Shown: positions 36,671-50,369, counted from the first letter of the whole stretch. The stretch is 61,489 nucleotides of DNA, filler included, from Pirum gemmata (GCA_002812295.1; 19 parts of 19 records of this genome joined end to end with filler, not necessarily neighbours in it); one strand, 5' to 3'. Notes: generated by a model not told the origin, from the sequence alone. A program made the numbers and translations.

Positions 36671-38533
36671 ATGAAATTTCTAAACCGAAACAAAAATTAT
36701 GGCTCAATTGCCAAGCCCACTAAACAAAATCAAAAAAAGGTAAATATTAATACTTATAATCATTACGACACGACTGTTACCTTTGCTGAAGCCGTCGAAA
36801 ATACTATAACTAAAAAAGAAGAAAATGATAATTCTAACGTTCAACCCAAAACTCTCATTTTCAATGATAATTCCACCAAAATTAACAAGAAGAAAGTTGT
36901 ATTTGACGATAATCGTTATGAACAAAAATATTACGTTGAAAACCCCAACTTGAATTACTTAGAATTCGCTGGTGAAATAATAGCTATTATAAATTGTGAT
37001 GACAATTTCAAAAAGAGTGAAGTTTTAGATAGTAGCGATGAGGATATTAAGAAAGATAAATTGGTAATTAAATATATAAAAAAAACGACAAAATTTGAGG
37101 AAAAGGACAAAACTCAAAACGAGAATACAACCAACAATGAAAATGTTACCAACGAAAAGGACAAAATACAAGACAAGTTCGAGAATACAAACATAAATGA
37201 GGATGTCACTGAAGATAATTATAATGATAACATTAAACAAATTATAAATGATGAAAATAATAATAATTATAATGATGATGATGAAAATGATCATAATAAT
37301 GATAATGAAGATGATGGTAATGATGATGATGATGATAAATGTAATGTTCAAAAACTGAATAACAATAATGAAATACCTACATTGAACCATGTTGAGTTTG
37401 CTGGTCAAATTCTGAACATAATCAACAGTGCAGTTAATGCTAACCCTGCTGAACAAGATACCGTTATTGAGAGAACCCTTATAATTAATAATATTAATGA
37501 AACTGAAAATGATAATGATAATGATAATGATAATGCTAATATTAATGCTGATAATGATAATAATAATGATGATAACAAGCTTAAGTTTAGTGATAATGAA
37601 GGTGATAATAATGATAATAGTAATGACAATAATAATAATGATAATAATAGAAATGATGATGATAATGATGATGATATTGATGATAAAAATGAAGATATTA
37701 AAAGTAATGATAGTTTGAATTTTGGTGTTTTCGAAGACGATAAAAATAATACTGATGAAATTGAGACTATTGAGATTGAAGAAAGAGTTAGTGGAACTGA
37801 TGAAAGTTATTATAACACTATTGGTGATTTCAATGATAAAGCCATTGAAAATAAAGCTGAAAGTGATGATATCGATAACGATTACGAAACACTCGAGCTC
37901 AATGCTAATGCTAATGCTAATGCTAATGCTAATCTTAATAATGAGGATTTTAACAGTGGTAATAATAATGAAAATAGTAGTGATGAAGACGATATCGATA
38001 TAATATATGAAAACCCTAATTATAATATTAATATTAATGCTACGTTTAATATTGATAATGAAAATATTATTGAAAATAATAATACATGTACAGACATTAT
38101 TAATAGTATTAGTAATAATAACATTGGTTACTATGAAGCTCAGGAGGTAGATATTGACAGTGTAATTCTCGCAGAAAAAGTTTTTCAAGAACAACAAGAA
38201 CAACAAAGAAAATTAAAATCAACAAAGTTAAATAACTCAATACAAACGTTATCATTTGATAATATTGAAATTGACAATAATTCACAAACACGTACAGAAA
38301 CTTCAAAGGATTTAGATAATTTGTTTAGTTCAGTTGGAATGGAATATGAATATATCTCAGCAAACAAAACTGTTGAGGTGTCTGATATTTTCAAAGCTAT
38401 GAATGGACCTCAATCAGCCAATTTAGACGCTGATCATAACAATTTGCATGAGGTACGACACCAAAAAGATAGTAAAAAGGGTGGTTTTAAGAAATTCATG
38501 CGAAGTGTATATGTTCAAGTCACATATGAATAA
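36671..38533 (+). CDS. Intronless Asn/Asp-rich protein, unknown function
   Basis: 620-aa ORF with an internal duplicated motif LN(Y/H)xEFAG(E/Q)I(I/L)xIIN. Confidence 0.75.
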   Translation: MKFLNRNKNYGSIAKPTKQNQKKVNINTYNHYDTTVTFAEAVENTITKKEENDNSNVQPKTLIFNDNSTKINKKKVVFDDNRYEQKYYVENPNLNYLEFAGEIIAIINCDDNFKKSEVLDSSDEDIKKDKLVIKYIKKTTKFEEKDKTQNENTTNNENVTNEKDKIQDKFENTNINEDVTEDNYNDNIKQIINDENNNNYNDDDENDHNNDNEDDGNDDDDDKCNVQKLNNNNEIPTLNHVEFAGQILNIINSAVNANPAEQDTVIERTLIINNINETENDNDNDNDNANINADNDNNNDDNKLKFSDNEGDNNDNSNDNNNNDNNRNDDDNDDDIDDKNEDIKSNDSLNFGVFEDDKNNTDEIETIEIEERVSGTDESYYNTIGDFNDKAIENKAESDDIDNDYETLELNANANANANANLNNEDFNSGNNNENSSDEDDIDIIYENPNYNININATFNIDNENIIENNNTCTDIINSISNNNIGYYEAQEVDIDSVILAEKVFQEQQEQQRKLKSTKLNNSIQTLSFDNIEIDNNSQTRTETSKDLDNLFSSVGMEYEYISANKTVEVSDIFKAMNGPQSANLDADHNNLHEVRHQKDSKKGGFKKFMRSVYVQVTYE

Positions 38534-39964
38534 TTAATAAATAACCAATTTCAATTTTCAATATAATAATATATGATTTATTTTCTAATTCAATTTCTTC
38601 ATTTCGAATAATAATATTAATAATAATTTATATAATATTTATAGACACTTTTTGCGCGATAAACAAGAATTTGTGTGAAATATGGTACTCGATACATATT
38701 ATAATTATAATAATAATTATTATTATATTATTTATGCATGTTTTGGGCTGCTGATATAACCGTAGGCCTTAGCTAGCAAATACTAGCACTCTAGTTAAAA
38801 CACATATAAATCCCTAACACGTTAATCGTTTCAACACAGATCAATCAGCCCTACCAATCATCATGTATTAGTAAAACTATTTACTTTTCCAAAACGATAT
38901 CAACAGACTAACTACTAAAAACTCCAGACTAAACAAAGTATCTATCAAAACTCGTTATGAATTAACAAACACCACTAGTATAATAGAACGTTCAAGACAC
39001 TTTTGGTTGCAAATTATCTTACCCAAGCCAACCATAACAATCATACACTAATCATACAGCAATACGAAATACAATCACCACATACAAACTAAAAGCAAAA
39101 AGATTCGAAATACAACAAGGATAAACATAAATCATCAACTACAATTTTAGGGCAATTACGAAAATTTAATGATACGCTACGAACTCTTACTGCAATCCAA
39201 CCCATCAGGGCTCCTACGTTACCACTTACGTCACCTCTGAATGCAAAATAACACAGCGGTATTAATAATAATTTTTGAATTTTATTTATACATAAATAGT
39301 AACTAGACTACCATTTGTAAACAAAATAACTGCGACACACAACTTGAACGGTAACACAACGTCACACAAGGGTGTGTGTTCCCTGTCTCCCGCCAGTGGT
39401 GTTGGAGAAAATTTATTTATAAAAAAAAAAATAATAATAATAATAATAAACAATAANNNNNNNNNNNNNNNNNNNNNNNNNNNNNNNNNNNNNNNNNNNN
39501 TTAATTAATTAANNNNNNNNNNNNNNNNNNNNNNNNNNNNNNNNNNNNNNNNNNNNGTCATAAGGGTAGGTAGTCCTTCTCAAACGTGACAGGCCGTTAC
39601 ATGGGGGTAGTAGGGTAGGTTTTTGTCCAAAATCGGCGTTACGTAATTATTGAACGCTCCCTTAGTACTAACTAGTAACTATGGATAAGCTACTAACTAT
39701 CGTCTATTTCATTACAACTCTCCCCTCACTCTTTAATTTGGTACTGTTTAAGTGTATAATTGAGCTTGTTTATAAAATAAAATATTACTTATAAAATACC
39801 AAATTAATTAAAACATGTCCGATAGTTTAGCCATAATAATAATTTGGTATGTTTATTTCAGTTTTTGAACTGGAAAAACAGGATATTTACAGATAGTCTA
39901 AAATATCTGATCAGAGATCAATATCTGAGATCAATATAGATCCCAGGAAAAAAAATCTCATATA

Positions 39965-40515
39965 ATCCTAACCCTAACCCTAACCCTAACCCTAACCCTA
40001 ACCCTAACTAACCCTAACCCTAACCCTAACTAACCCTAACCGTAAGGTCCCTCCCTAACCCCTATGTGACCCTAATCCTAACCCTAACCTTAACCATTAA
40101 ACCTAGATAGTAACCCTATAGTACATAGAATCATAATATAATTATATATAATCGTAATCATAATCATAATACAAGGATTTGAAACACTTGAATAATATCA
40201 TAAGGTGCTTATTAACATAATATATTGCACCTTAATACTAGTTAGACTAACCCTAACCCTAACCCTAACCCTAACCCTAACCCTAACCCTAAAACCCTAG
40301 CCCTAGCCCTAGCCCTAACCCTAACCCTAACCCTAACCCTACCCCTAACCCTAACCCTAGCCCTAACCCTAACCCTAACCCAACCTAACCCTAACCCTAA
40401 CCCTAACCCTAACCCTACCCCTAACCCTAACCCTAGCCCTAACCCTAACCCTAACCCATATCCCTTATAACCCAAACCCTAACCCTAAACCCGTATTCCT
40501 AACCCAACCCCAAAC
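39965..40515 (+). repeat. Two interstitial (TAACCC)n arrays
   Basis: Read directly (39965-40100 and 40248-40515). Confidence 0.9.
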
Positions 40516-40759
40516 TCTCATATCACATCATATGCAAAGGTGAACAGCACTTGTGAACAACTGGGCAAAGAGGTTAATCAAAACCCACCGGCAGTAATAG
40601 CAAGGTTTCAGGATTAAGGTTAAAAGGGTTAAGGATGGAGTTAGAGTCTGTATTATATTAGAGTTAGGTTTAGGATTAAGTTTATTCATTATTAAGGTTT
40701 GGGTTTAGGGCAAGGGCTGTTAGAGAATTCGAAAGTTTAGTTAGTTAGGGAGCATTCAA

Positions 40760-40901
40760 GGGAGCATTCAAATACTACATAACGCCAATTTCCAGTCAAA
40801 TACAGCTTCAAATACCCCTAACTACCTACCACTCGACGTTAATTTCCCGTCAAATAGCACCTACCTACTTACCCCTTGACGTGACGTATTATTTTAATGT
40901 T
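40760..40901 (+). mobile_element. Harbinger-like MITE, subfamily A, with duplicated left end
   Basis: GGGAGCATTCAA occurs twice in tandem, followed by the family body. Confidence 0.8.
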
Positions 40902-41423
40902 TGGCTGATTCATTTTTTGACTCGACCCCCAAGTTAAAAAAAAAAACAGACTATGGGACATAGATACTGAAGCTCTAAATTTAGTAATAAAAGCTGATAT
41001 AAATATATATATTAAACTAATGAAGATCCATTTAAAGAAATAAAAAGTAACATACAAAAATTATATGAATTTGGTTATTAAAGATCTTTATATAGTAATA
41101 AAAACATGGGAATTAAAAAAATTTCTATGACATCATTGTCCACAAGCAAGGTTTACAAAAAAAAATTCAGCTAAAAAGGTACCGAAAAAGCTAGCTTTTT
41201 ATTTTAATATAGACTATATTACTTAAAAAATACACTTTAATATATTTTTCAAAATAATAAAGTGAGCCAAATTATTGATTAAATGTTGCCGATTCAAAAT
41301 CAATATTAATTTTTTTTTGCTGTTTTTCAGAATCTTTCAGAATAAATCAAGTAGAGTAGCTAACTCGTAAGCTTTCGAATGATATTGTTATGCCTGTAAG
41401 CTCGTAAGTTTTCGAATGATACC

Positions 41424-41762
41424 AACCCTAACCCTAACCTTAACCCTAACCCTAACCCTAACCCTAATTATAACCCTAACCCTAACTCTAACCCTAACCC
41501 TAATTATAACCCTAACACTAACCCTAACCCTAACCCTAACCCTAACCCTAACCCTAACCCTAACCCTAACCCTAACCCTAACCCTAACCCTAACCCTAAC
41601 CCTAACCCTAACCCNNNNNNNNNNNNNNNNNNNNNNNNNNNNNNNNNNNNNNNNNCCCTAACCCTAACCCTAACCCTAACCCTAACCCTAACCCTAACCC
41701 TAACCCTAACCCTAACCCTAACCCTAACCCTAACCCTAACCCTAACCTTAACCCTAACCTTA
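41424..41762 (+). repeat. Near-perfect (TAACCC)n array spanning a gap
   Basis: Read directly; unique sequence on both sides. Confidence 0.95.
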
Positions 41763-42020
41763 ATTAAAATTAAAGTAACTACTCTAGCTAGCTAGTCTAC
41801 TAGACTACTAGGTAGTAGAGACTACAGTAGTCTAGTTAGCTAGCTAGCTAGCTAGCTACTAGTAGTAGCTCTCTAACCCTAACCCACTATCCTATGCATA
41901 CGGTAGTAAATAATGTTTATTTTCGCGATTTTTTCGCATGATTAATGTTATGATAATATATTATAATATTATGATAGAGACATTATTCGATGTTATTCGA
42001 TATTTTTTTTTTACTGATTA

Positions 42021-42150
42021 GGGAGCATTCAAATACTATACGTAACGCCAACTTCAAATACCCAAACCTACCTACCCCTCGACGTTAATTTCCGGTCAAA
42101 TACCACCTACCTACCTACCCTTTGACGTGACGTATTATTCTAACATTCCC
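42021..42150 (+). mobile_element. Complete Harbinger-like MITE, subfamily A, TTA TSD
   Basis: TTA|GGGAGCATTCAAATAC...TTCTAACATTCCC|TTA. Confidence 0.85.
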
Positions 42151-42492
42151 TTAGTTGAGTGGTCGAGACTAACGAGCACAGCACAGCTACTTATACTATT
42201 TGCGAAATGCGCTGTGACTGACTAGCTAGACTACTTGGTTCGGAAAAAGTTATTGGTGATTCAAGCTTTTTTTCTCGTCTTGTTTTTTTTCGCCTTTAGA
42301 CTATAATAAATATAATCAGTTTTTTTATCCAGTGTCCTTGTTTATTTTTATAATAATATTTTTTAAATTTTATAATTTTATTATTATTATTANNNNNNNN
42401 NNNNNNNNNNNNNNNNNNNNNNNNNNNNNNNNNNNNTTAATTAATTAANNNNNNNNNNNNNNNNNNNNNNNNNNNNNNNNNNNNNNNNNNNN

Positions 42493-45319
42493 ATGAAGGA
42501 AAAAGACTAGCTAGTAGATGAAAAAAGATAATCTTAATTTTTGTTCTAGATTTTTGCCGATTTTTCTAGCCAGACCACTAGAGAGTAGAGACTAGTAGAG
42601 AGCGAGCTAGCTAGAGAGCTAAATTCCCCAAATCATCCTACCTAGCCAAATCACAGGCCAAATCACCTAGTTAGCCCAAATAGTGCACAAATCTGCGCAA
42701 ATCAGCCCAAATAGTGCCCAAATCATCCCAAACCAAGTCCAAATTTACAACTAACACCACCACCACCACTACTACTACTAGATCTACTACTATTACCACC
42801 ACCACCACCACTACCGCTACTACAACCACCACCAATACTACTACAACTACTATTACTACCACCACCACCACCACTACAATACAATACAATACAATACAAT
42901 ACAATACAATACAATACAATACAATACAATGCAGTACAGTACAACACAATACAATAATATAATTGCATGGCACGAAATCACTACAATCACCGCACTATCT
43001 TTTATCATAAATACTAAGAAGTGGTTTATAGATCTTAGTTTATTATCGATATGATATTATTATATAAAAAACCTCTGACTGCCTTCAGCAAGAGCACTGC
43101 TGGCATCGATTATAATTAGGGGTGTTCGGTTTGTAGACCTTCAGTATTTTTTTTAAAGACCTACAGATTCGGAGAGCTTTTTTGCTAAAAATAAGATAAC
43201 TCGAGTATCTGACGAGTCTATGTGCAGATTGTGCTAGCTAGCTATGACATATCGTGATAGTCGTGATAGTTAGCTATGTAGAGTAGTCTAGCTAGCTACT
43301 AGCTAGAGAGCACTTTTAGAGAGCCTAGCTAGACTACTAGCTAGCTAGCTACTAGTCTATCGATATTTTTAATTAAAGAGCCACAGGCCCACAGCGTGGC
43401 AATAGTAAAAAGGGGCTGTGTACTAGCTAGCTAGCTAGAGTAGCTAGTAGTAGCTAGCTATCTGATAATAGTACTATCTTGATAGCTACTACTAGCTACT
43501 AGAGAGCTTTTATTGAGAGCTTTTACTGGCTAGCTACTAGCTAGCTACTAGCTAGCTAGCTAGCTAGAGTTTAGTGACTCTACTAGCTAGCTAGCTAGCC
43601 TTCACCTACTAGTATGATAGCCAATATGATAGCCCCCTCCCTCCCCCACCCCCCCCCATATGATAGCAGCTCAGTATGATAGCTACAGCTCTCTAGCTAG
43701 TAGCTACTGGTAGAGCTAGTAGCTAGCTAGTTGCAGAACTTAGTTACAGTCAGTAGTCTAATAATAGTCGATATCCATATTTATTACCGGTAAAATAATC
43801 TAGCTAGACTATTTTATCATAATGATTTTCAGAAAACTTATAATAGATATTGTTAATATTATAATTAAAATATTTTATTATTGGAATACTATCATATTCA
43901 TTATCCTGCTCGAGTATTGAATACAATAATATTATATAGTACCAGAAATTAAAATTTTGGGATCATATAAAAATCAGACAATATTACTATTAGTATTTAT
44001 CTGTATTTATTGAGTATTTATTTTTGTGCATAACTATTTAGAATTGATAATATTATCAGATAGATAATTGTGAAAAAAAGATAATGTCATATTATCATAA
44101 AAAATAAAATATGGAGAGCTTGTAGTTATCGATAGTGATTGTCTTTCAATAATATTTATATTTCTTCATATACTACTTACTATACACAAAAACACTACAA
44201 AAATATATACAACTTAATTAATTAATAGTATTGGTAAAATAAAACCCACTGTACTCAGGACCAACTCCTCTACATAATAAAGGCTAAGGTCTACTATTGA
44301 TAAAAGAGTATCGATACTAAAGTAGTCTAAAAAGCTTCTACGATACCTCAGACTACCTGGGAGGCTGGGATACTATTATAAAATTTATTTATTATATTAT
44401 AATAAGTTTTACTCAAGCTTCACTGCCTCGTCAAGGTAGCTTGCTACTAGGTAGGTTTAGACTCGGGGAAACATAGACTACTAAGTAGCACTTAGTAGCA
44501 AAAAGTGCATTGTTAGTTGAGTATGCTGAGTAAGTTCAGAGTAACACGGAGAATTGACAATTTGACATAGTCTACTACTAGAGACTGGTAGAGAATATAA
44601 GTAGAGAAGTAGAGTATACTACTCAATTTTTATTTAGTCTATGTACAAAAACCCTACAAAAATACGTACAACTTTAATTAATAGTTAATTAATATTAGGG
44701 TCACTCAGGACCAACTCCTCTACATAATAAAAAGGCTTTTATGAGTTTTATCTTTTAGTATTACTTAAAAAGCACAAGTTCTGGGTTGACACAGAGAGTC
44801 AGACAGTGACAGACACTGATCAGTCAAGCTTGATCATACTCGATTGCCCGTACAGGCCGTACAGCCTGTACTCAATTGCACAGTTACACTTGAAGGAAAA
44901 AGTGCACAGTTGCACTAATAATGAAGGAAAAAGACTAGCTAGTAGTGGCAAAAGAGATGAAAAAAGATAATCTTAATTTTTGTTCTAGATTTTTGCCGAT
45001 TTTTCTAGCCAGACCACTAGAGAGTAGAGACTAGTAGAGAGCGAGCTAGCTAGAGAGCTAAATTCCCCAAATCATCCTACCTAGCCAAATCACAGGCCAA
45101 ATCACCTAGTTAGCCCAAATAGTGCACAAATCTGCGCAAATCAGCCCAAATAGTGCCCAAATCATCCCAAACCAAGTCCAAATTTACAACTAACACCACC
45201 ACCACCACTACTACTACTAGATCTACTACTATTACCACCACCACCACCACTACCGCTACTACAACCACCACCAATACTACTACAACTACTATTACTACCA
45301 CCACCACCACCACTACAAT
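42493..45319 (+). repeat. Scaffold bounded by ~390-bp direct repeats (42493-42880 and 44921-45319)
   Basis: Near-identical sequence at a 2439-bp offset, differing by an 11-bp indel near the start. Confidence 0.9.
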
Positions 45320-45456
45320 NNNNNNNNNNNNNNNNNNNNNNNNNNNNNNNNNNNNNNNNNNNNTTAATTAATTAANNNNNNNNNNNNNNNNNNNNNNNNN
45401 NNNNNNNNNNNNNNNNNNNTATATATATTAAAAATAACAGTGTTTGGACTATAATT

Positions 45457-45975
45457 TGTAATGTGAATGTGGCCTTATTTCTAATTATTATGTATTCAAC
45501 ACTACTTGTAATTCCAGCATTGTTTTTCACATACACAACATCTTGCATTCCTATCTATACCACAAACAATAATTATGATAATCATTACTGCCATTGTAAC
45601 TTGAATGTAACCTTAAGTCCAATTATCCACAACTTATCTAGCACTTCTTGCAGTCCCAGCATCGTTACTCATATATACAACATCTTGCATTCACATCTAT
45701 CACAAACTGTAATCTGAATGTGTCCTTACATCCAATTGCTCGCTACTTTCTAACATTACTTGCTTGTAGTTCCAGCATTGTTATCCGCATTATACAGCAT
45801 CTTGCAATTCTATCTATCACAAACAATCAGTAACTGTCATTGTAACCTGAATGTGACCTTGCATCCAATTATTCACTACTTAGCCAACACTAATTATAGT
45901 TCCAGCATTGGTATACACAACATCTTGCAAATTTCATGTATCACAAACAATGATTACGATAATCAGTGTATTGTC
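45457..45975. repeat. Degenerate tandem repeat, four units of ~113-138 bp
   Basis: TGTAAYNTGAATGT anchors at 45457, 45595, 45708, 45841; conserved CCAGCAT and CATCTTGCA blocks. Confidence 0.8.
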
Positions 45976-46022
45976 AATGGCATTGTATTTTATGGCTAAC
46001 CAAAACTTTTCTCTTTTTCCAG

Positions 46023-46124
46023 ATGGAAATTGCCAAAATTACACTTAATGGGGTTACTATTTCTGAACCATATTCGTTGGAAACAAATTGGAACATCGCT
46101 AATGCTGTTGCTGGTTATAACTAA
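46023..46124 (+). CDS. Probable terminal exon of an unidentified gene
   Basis: GGCTAAC branch site, pyrimidine tract, CAG, then MEIAKITLNGVTISEPYSLETNWNIANAVAGYN-stop. Confidence 0.55.
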   Translation: MEIAKITLNGVTISEPYSLETNWNIANAVAGYN

Positions 46125-46298
46125 ATAATAATAATAAAAAAAGACCATGATAAACTTTCCAAAAAAAATTGTTTATTATTATTGCTATCGTTTTTTTCTG
46201 TTGTTTTTCCTAGAATGTATTGGGTTGCAATTTAAATATACAATAAATAAAATTTATTCGTTCCATTTTTGATATTCTATACATATATTTAAATACAA

Positions 46299-46359
46299 CT
46301 ACCAATCTTCAATGTTCATGTTCCCCCACATTGCTCGAATGTATTGTTCTGTTGGAAAT
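46299..46359 (-). CDS. Possible terminal exon, convergent with the previous one
   Basis: ttttag|..FPTEQYIRAMWGNMNIEDW-stop; short and unverified. Confidence 0.2.
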
Positions 46360-46884
46360 CTAAAAATCCACACTGATACCAATTTTAACTACTTTTTTCA
46401 TTTTTATTTTGAAGTCTATGACACAAGTAACTATATGAAAATATTCATAAACTACAGCTCTCCCTGTTTACCTATCTGATATATTATGCTGATATAATAT
46501 TATACATAGCTATAGAGAAGAACTTGTTAGTTACAACTAATATCGATAGATTGGTAGTAAATATAATATTGTGCACCTATTTTCCTATTTTCCCTTGCTT
46601 TTTTTTTATTTATTTTACAAACACCTGTAACAGCTAGCTACACTAGCTAGACATGTATCATAACAAAAAAAAAAAACAAATCTTAAAATCGTAAATAGAA
46701 TGGGTCATGCTATTTACAAACACTATATTTTTTAATTTCCAAAGTCTGTTTTTCACCCAATGAAAAAGTAGTATTTTTGTTGGTTGGGCACTATATTATG
46801 CTAGCTAGCTAGCTAGTCTATATCATGATATTTCTGATAATATCTAGCTAGTATTATCTACTATTTTTCTTTTTTTCTTTTTTG

Positions 46885-46949
<65 letters not shown>

Positions 46950-47690
46950 CATAGTTGAGCTAAATCTCGATAAGCTCGATTGAACTGTTTGTTGTTATCG
47001 ATAGCCTTCTGCTACTACTACCTTCTAGCTATCGATAGCTAAGCTAGCTAGAGCTACTACTAGCTAGTACCTATCAACAACTAATAATTGTCAACTACAA
47101 CAACAGAAAAATCAAGGGAAAATAGAATCAGTCTATATAAATATAATAATATTATGAAAACTTCTAAATAACGATAAAAATAATTTTGGTAATATAGTCT
47201 AGGGCTTACACACTACTACTACTACTTACTTACAGCCCTTATTATTTCAATAACCGTATCAATAACCTAAATTGTATATTATTATTTTCATTTTAGAAAT
47301 AACTGTAAATTCTGTAATATTAGTACTACAAGTGTTTTTAAGAAAATAAGATAAACACACAAAATAAGAAATAAGCACACACAATAAGAGATAAACACAC
47401 CTATCTAAATTGCTTTTTGTTCTTTTCTGTTTATTTATTGAGTGCTTTGTTTTTTGCTTTTCATTTGTTTTTTCGGTATCCGGTTAAGACTTAGGATTTT
47501 GTTGTACATTTGTTTTTTTGTTATGTTAAGGTTTAACAACTTATAGATAGTGTAAAGTAGTATATTTCAATTGTAGTATTATTTTTTTGCTTTTTGAAAA
47601 AAGCTTGGAGGTTTAGTTTTTGGTTTCGTTGCTATATATATATATATATATCTTATAGTGACGTTTTTATTTATGTTGTAAAATAAAATA

Positions 47691-47844
47691 ATGGAGCCGA
47701 TGAGTTTGTTAGGTAGTACTCTGCCTGATAATCATGAGCTAGTCAGAGAATGTTGGCACGGTGATATAACAAGAGAAGATTGTTTGAATATATTAATGAA
47801 TAAAGGACCGGATCAAAGTTATTTACTACGGGCGAAACCTCAAG
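47691..47844 (+). CDS. First exon of an SH2-domain protein
   Basis: MEPMSLLGSTLPDNHELVRECWHGDITREDCLNILMNKGPDQSYLLRAKPQ|gt; fits the SH2 start W(Y/F)HGxIxRxxAxxLL..xFLVR. Confidence 0.7.
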
Positions 47845-48806
47845 GTTTTTGAATTTTGAATTTTATGAACTTTTGCCACCCTCTCTCTTTTTTCTATTAT
47901 TTTTCTACTTTTTGTTTTTGGGTTTGTTTTTAGTATTGATATTGATGTCGATATTGATATTGATATTGATATTTGTTTTTGATAATGGTATTGATATTGG
48001 TAATTGGTACCGGCATTTTATGTGCTCATGATTATTGTTATCGGGTATTTTATATGATGCTGGGTATTTATTTTTTATAGTTTATTGTTTTTTATTTGAA
48101 CAACATGCAACGTCACTCAACATCACCCGTTTTCTAACTTCATTAATATCACAACACCACCCAACATGACCCCATGACTTATAATAATAATAATAAACAA
48201 TAAACAATACCATTACAATACACTTTGTGACACGTGTACTATGCTTNNNNNNNNNNNNNNNNNNNNNNNNNNNNNNNNNNNNNNNNNNNNTTAATTAATT
48301 AANNNNNNNNNNNNNNNNNNNNNNNNNNNNNNNNNNNNNNNNNNNNGTTCTGCCCAACAGTCCACCTCAAAATAATAATAATATTTTTTTTAAAAAAAAT
48401 ATTTTTTTAACTACAAAGCCGGTTTAAAAATCCGCCATATGAGCTCAAAAATCCAAAAATCTCAAAAAAGACCGATTTTTATAAAAGTACTACCAAGTTC
48501 AGATAATGTTTTTAACTAAAAATTTCTTTTATTAACCAATAGGTAGTTTTTAAAAATAATTTGGATATTTTTAGTAAAGAAATCTCAAAAAAAATGATTT
48601 CCACAGTTTCATCTAGCCTCCCTTTGAAATTGCTTTGTTTCTGCTGTCAAATGATTGACTTTTACAATTGGAATTCCTGCCATTTGCTGGATAAATATAA
48701 CCCATTGCCTTAAACGACTTTTTCATAATGGCTGAGGCAGCTGGCCCACTAAAACCACTGGCTAAAACTGTGGTTAGTATACTCTCTACCATCTGCTGAT
48801 TTAACN

Positions 48807-48885
<79 letters not shown>

Positions 48886-49014
48886 TATACTATACCTAGA
48901 ACTATATCTGTAGCAAATAGCGTTGGTGTTTCTAATTACACCGCAACACAAAAATCTAAAACTATCTATCTAGTTACAGTGATTGGTTTTTAACTTTTTA
49001 TAAATGAGTGTTCT

Positions 49015-49242
49015 TAGGGGTGAGATATCTACTGGAACTTTTTTCGAACAGATGGTTATCGAGCCAAACTTAGTTCCGTGTTTCTTCCTAATAATAGCAG
49101 TAAAATAGCGTAAAATAGTAATTCTAATTAAAGTAGATACTAATTAAAGTAATAATATTAACATTAATAGTAATAAAAACCATAAATCGGAAAAGTTCCG
49201 GCAGCTGTTCGGTAATAATAAAATGACGTCATCTCACCCCTA
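49015..49242. mobile_element. hAT-like MITE, TIR TAGGGGTGAGAT
   Basis: TAGGGGTGAGAT / ATCTCACCCCTA; end fragments at 18491-18554, 19309-19351, ~35895; related elements 50677-50879 and ~35296-35533. Confidence 0.75.
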
Positions 49243-49781
49243 CTGNNNNNNNNNNNNNNNNNNNNNNNNNNNTTTTAATTGTATTTTTTCATTGGTTAAT
49301 TTTTTTAAAATAACATTAATTTCCCAAACACATTTCACGTGTTTTTCTCTTTTTCAAAAAAAAAAATTGCTGACAAGAATCGTCCATAAAGGACGTAAGT
49401 TTGTCCAAAATACTTTTGGTCATGATTTTAAAGTTCATTTTAATACTTAATTACTGCCTAAAACAGTTTAAGTCATGTTTTCGGGCAATTACTTTTATCA
49501 AAAAATAAGTGACATCCCATCCTTTATGAATGTTCCCTTAGAAGAAGGGCCTGGATGGGTAGTATTTTTGTAGATAAGGGTTATCATACTTAAATTTTTT
49601 TTAAAAATAATTAATTTTAATTAATTAAAATAGGATAAAACAAGTGAAATATTAATAGATAATATTAATAAACTAATAACAAATGGATACTTTAAAATAA
49701 ATAAATATATAATAATATATACCAAATTAATACTCTTATTTTACATTTTATAATATCAGGCCAAAAAAACTGAAAAACAAT

Positions 49782-50067
49782 GTAGTAGTAGTAGTAGTAT
49801 TAATAGGTAGTATAATAGTAGTAGTATTATTAATAGTAGTACTAGTATTAATAGTAGTAGTAGTACTTTTAATAGTAGTAGGTGTTGTAGTAGTATTAAT
49901 AGTAGTAGTAGTAGTAATAGTAGTAATAGTAGTAGTAGGACTAGTAGTAGTAGTAGTAGTACAAGTAGTAGTAGTAGTAGTGGTAGTAGTAGTAGTAGTA
50001 GTAGTATTAATAGTGATTTTAATAATAGTAATATTAATAGTTTTAATAGTAGGCGTTGTAGTAGCTA

Positions 50068-50112
<45 letters not shown>

Positions 50113-50320
50113 CAGTAATAGTAGTAGTATTAATAGTAGTAGTAGCAGTACTAGTAGTAGCAGTAGCAGTAGTAGTAGTAGCAGTAGTAGCAGTAATAGT
50201 AGTAGTAGTACTACTACTACTACTAGTAGCAATAGTAGTAGTAATAGTAGTAGTATGATAGTAGTTGTTGCAGTAGTATTGGTGGTGGTGGTTGTTGTAA
50301 GTAGTAGTAGTAGTAGGAGT
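49782..50320 (+). repeat. (TAG)n microsatellite block
   Basis: Read directly; similar blocks at 12718, 14530, 15591, 17597 and 48807. Confidence 0.95.
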
Positions 50321-50336
50321 ATCATAAAAACTTTTT

Positions 50337-50369
<33 letters not shown>

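Noticed and set aside
37025..38206. 393-aa hydrophobic minus-strand ORF
   Set aside because: Antisense shadow of the GAT/AAT-rich plus-strand gene
48613..48805. Transposase remnant (AIMKKSFKAMGY)
   Set aside because: Too short, bounded by an N join, and no catalytic motif visible
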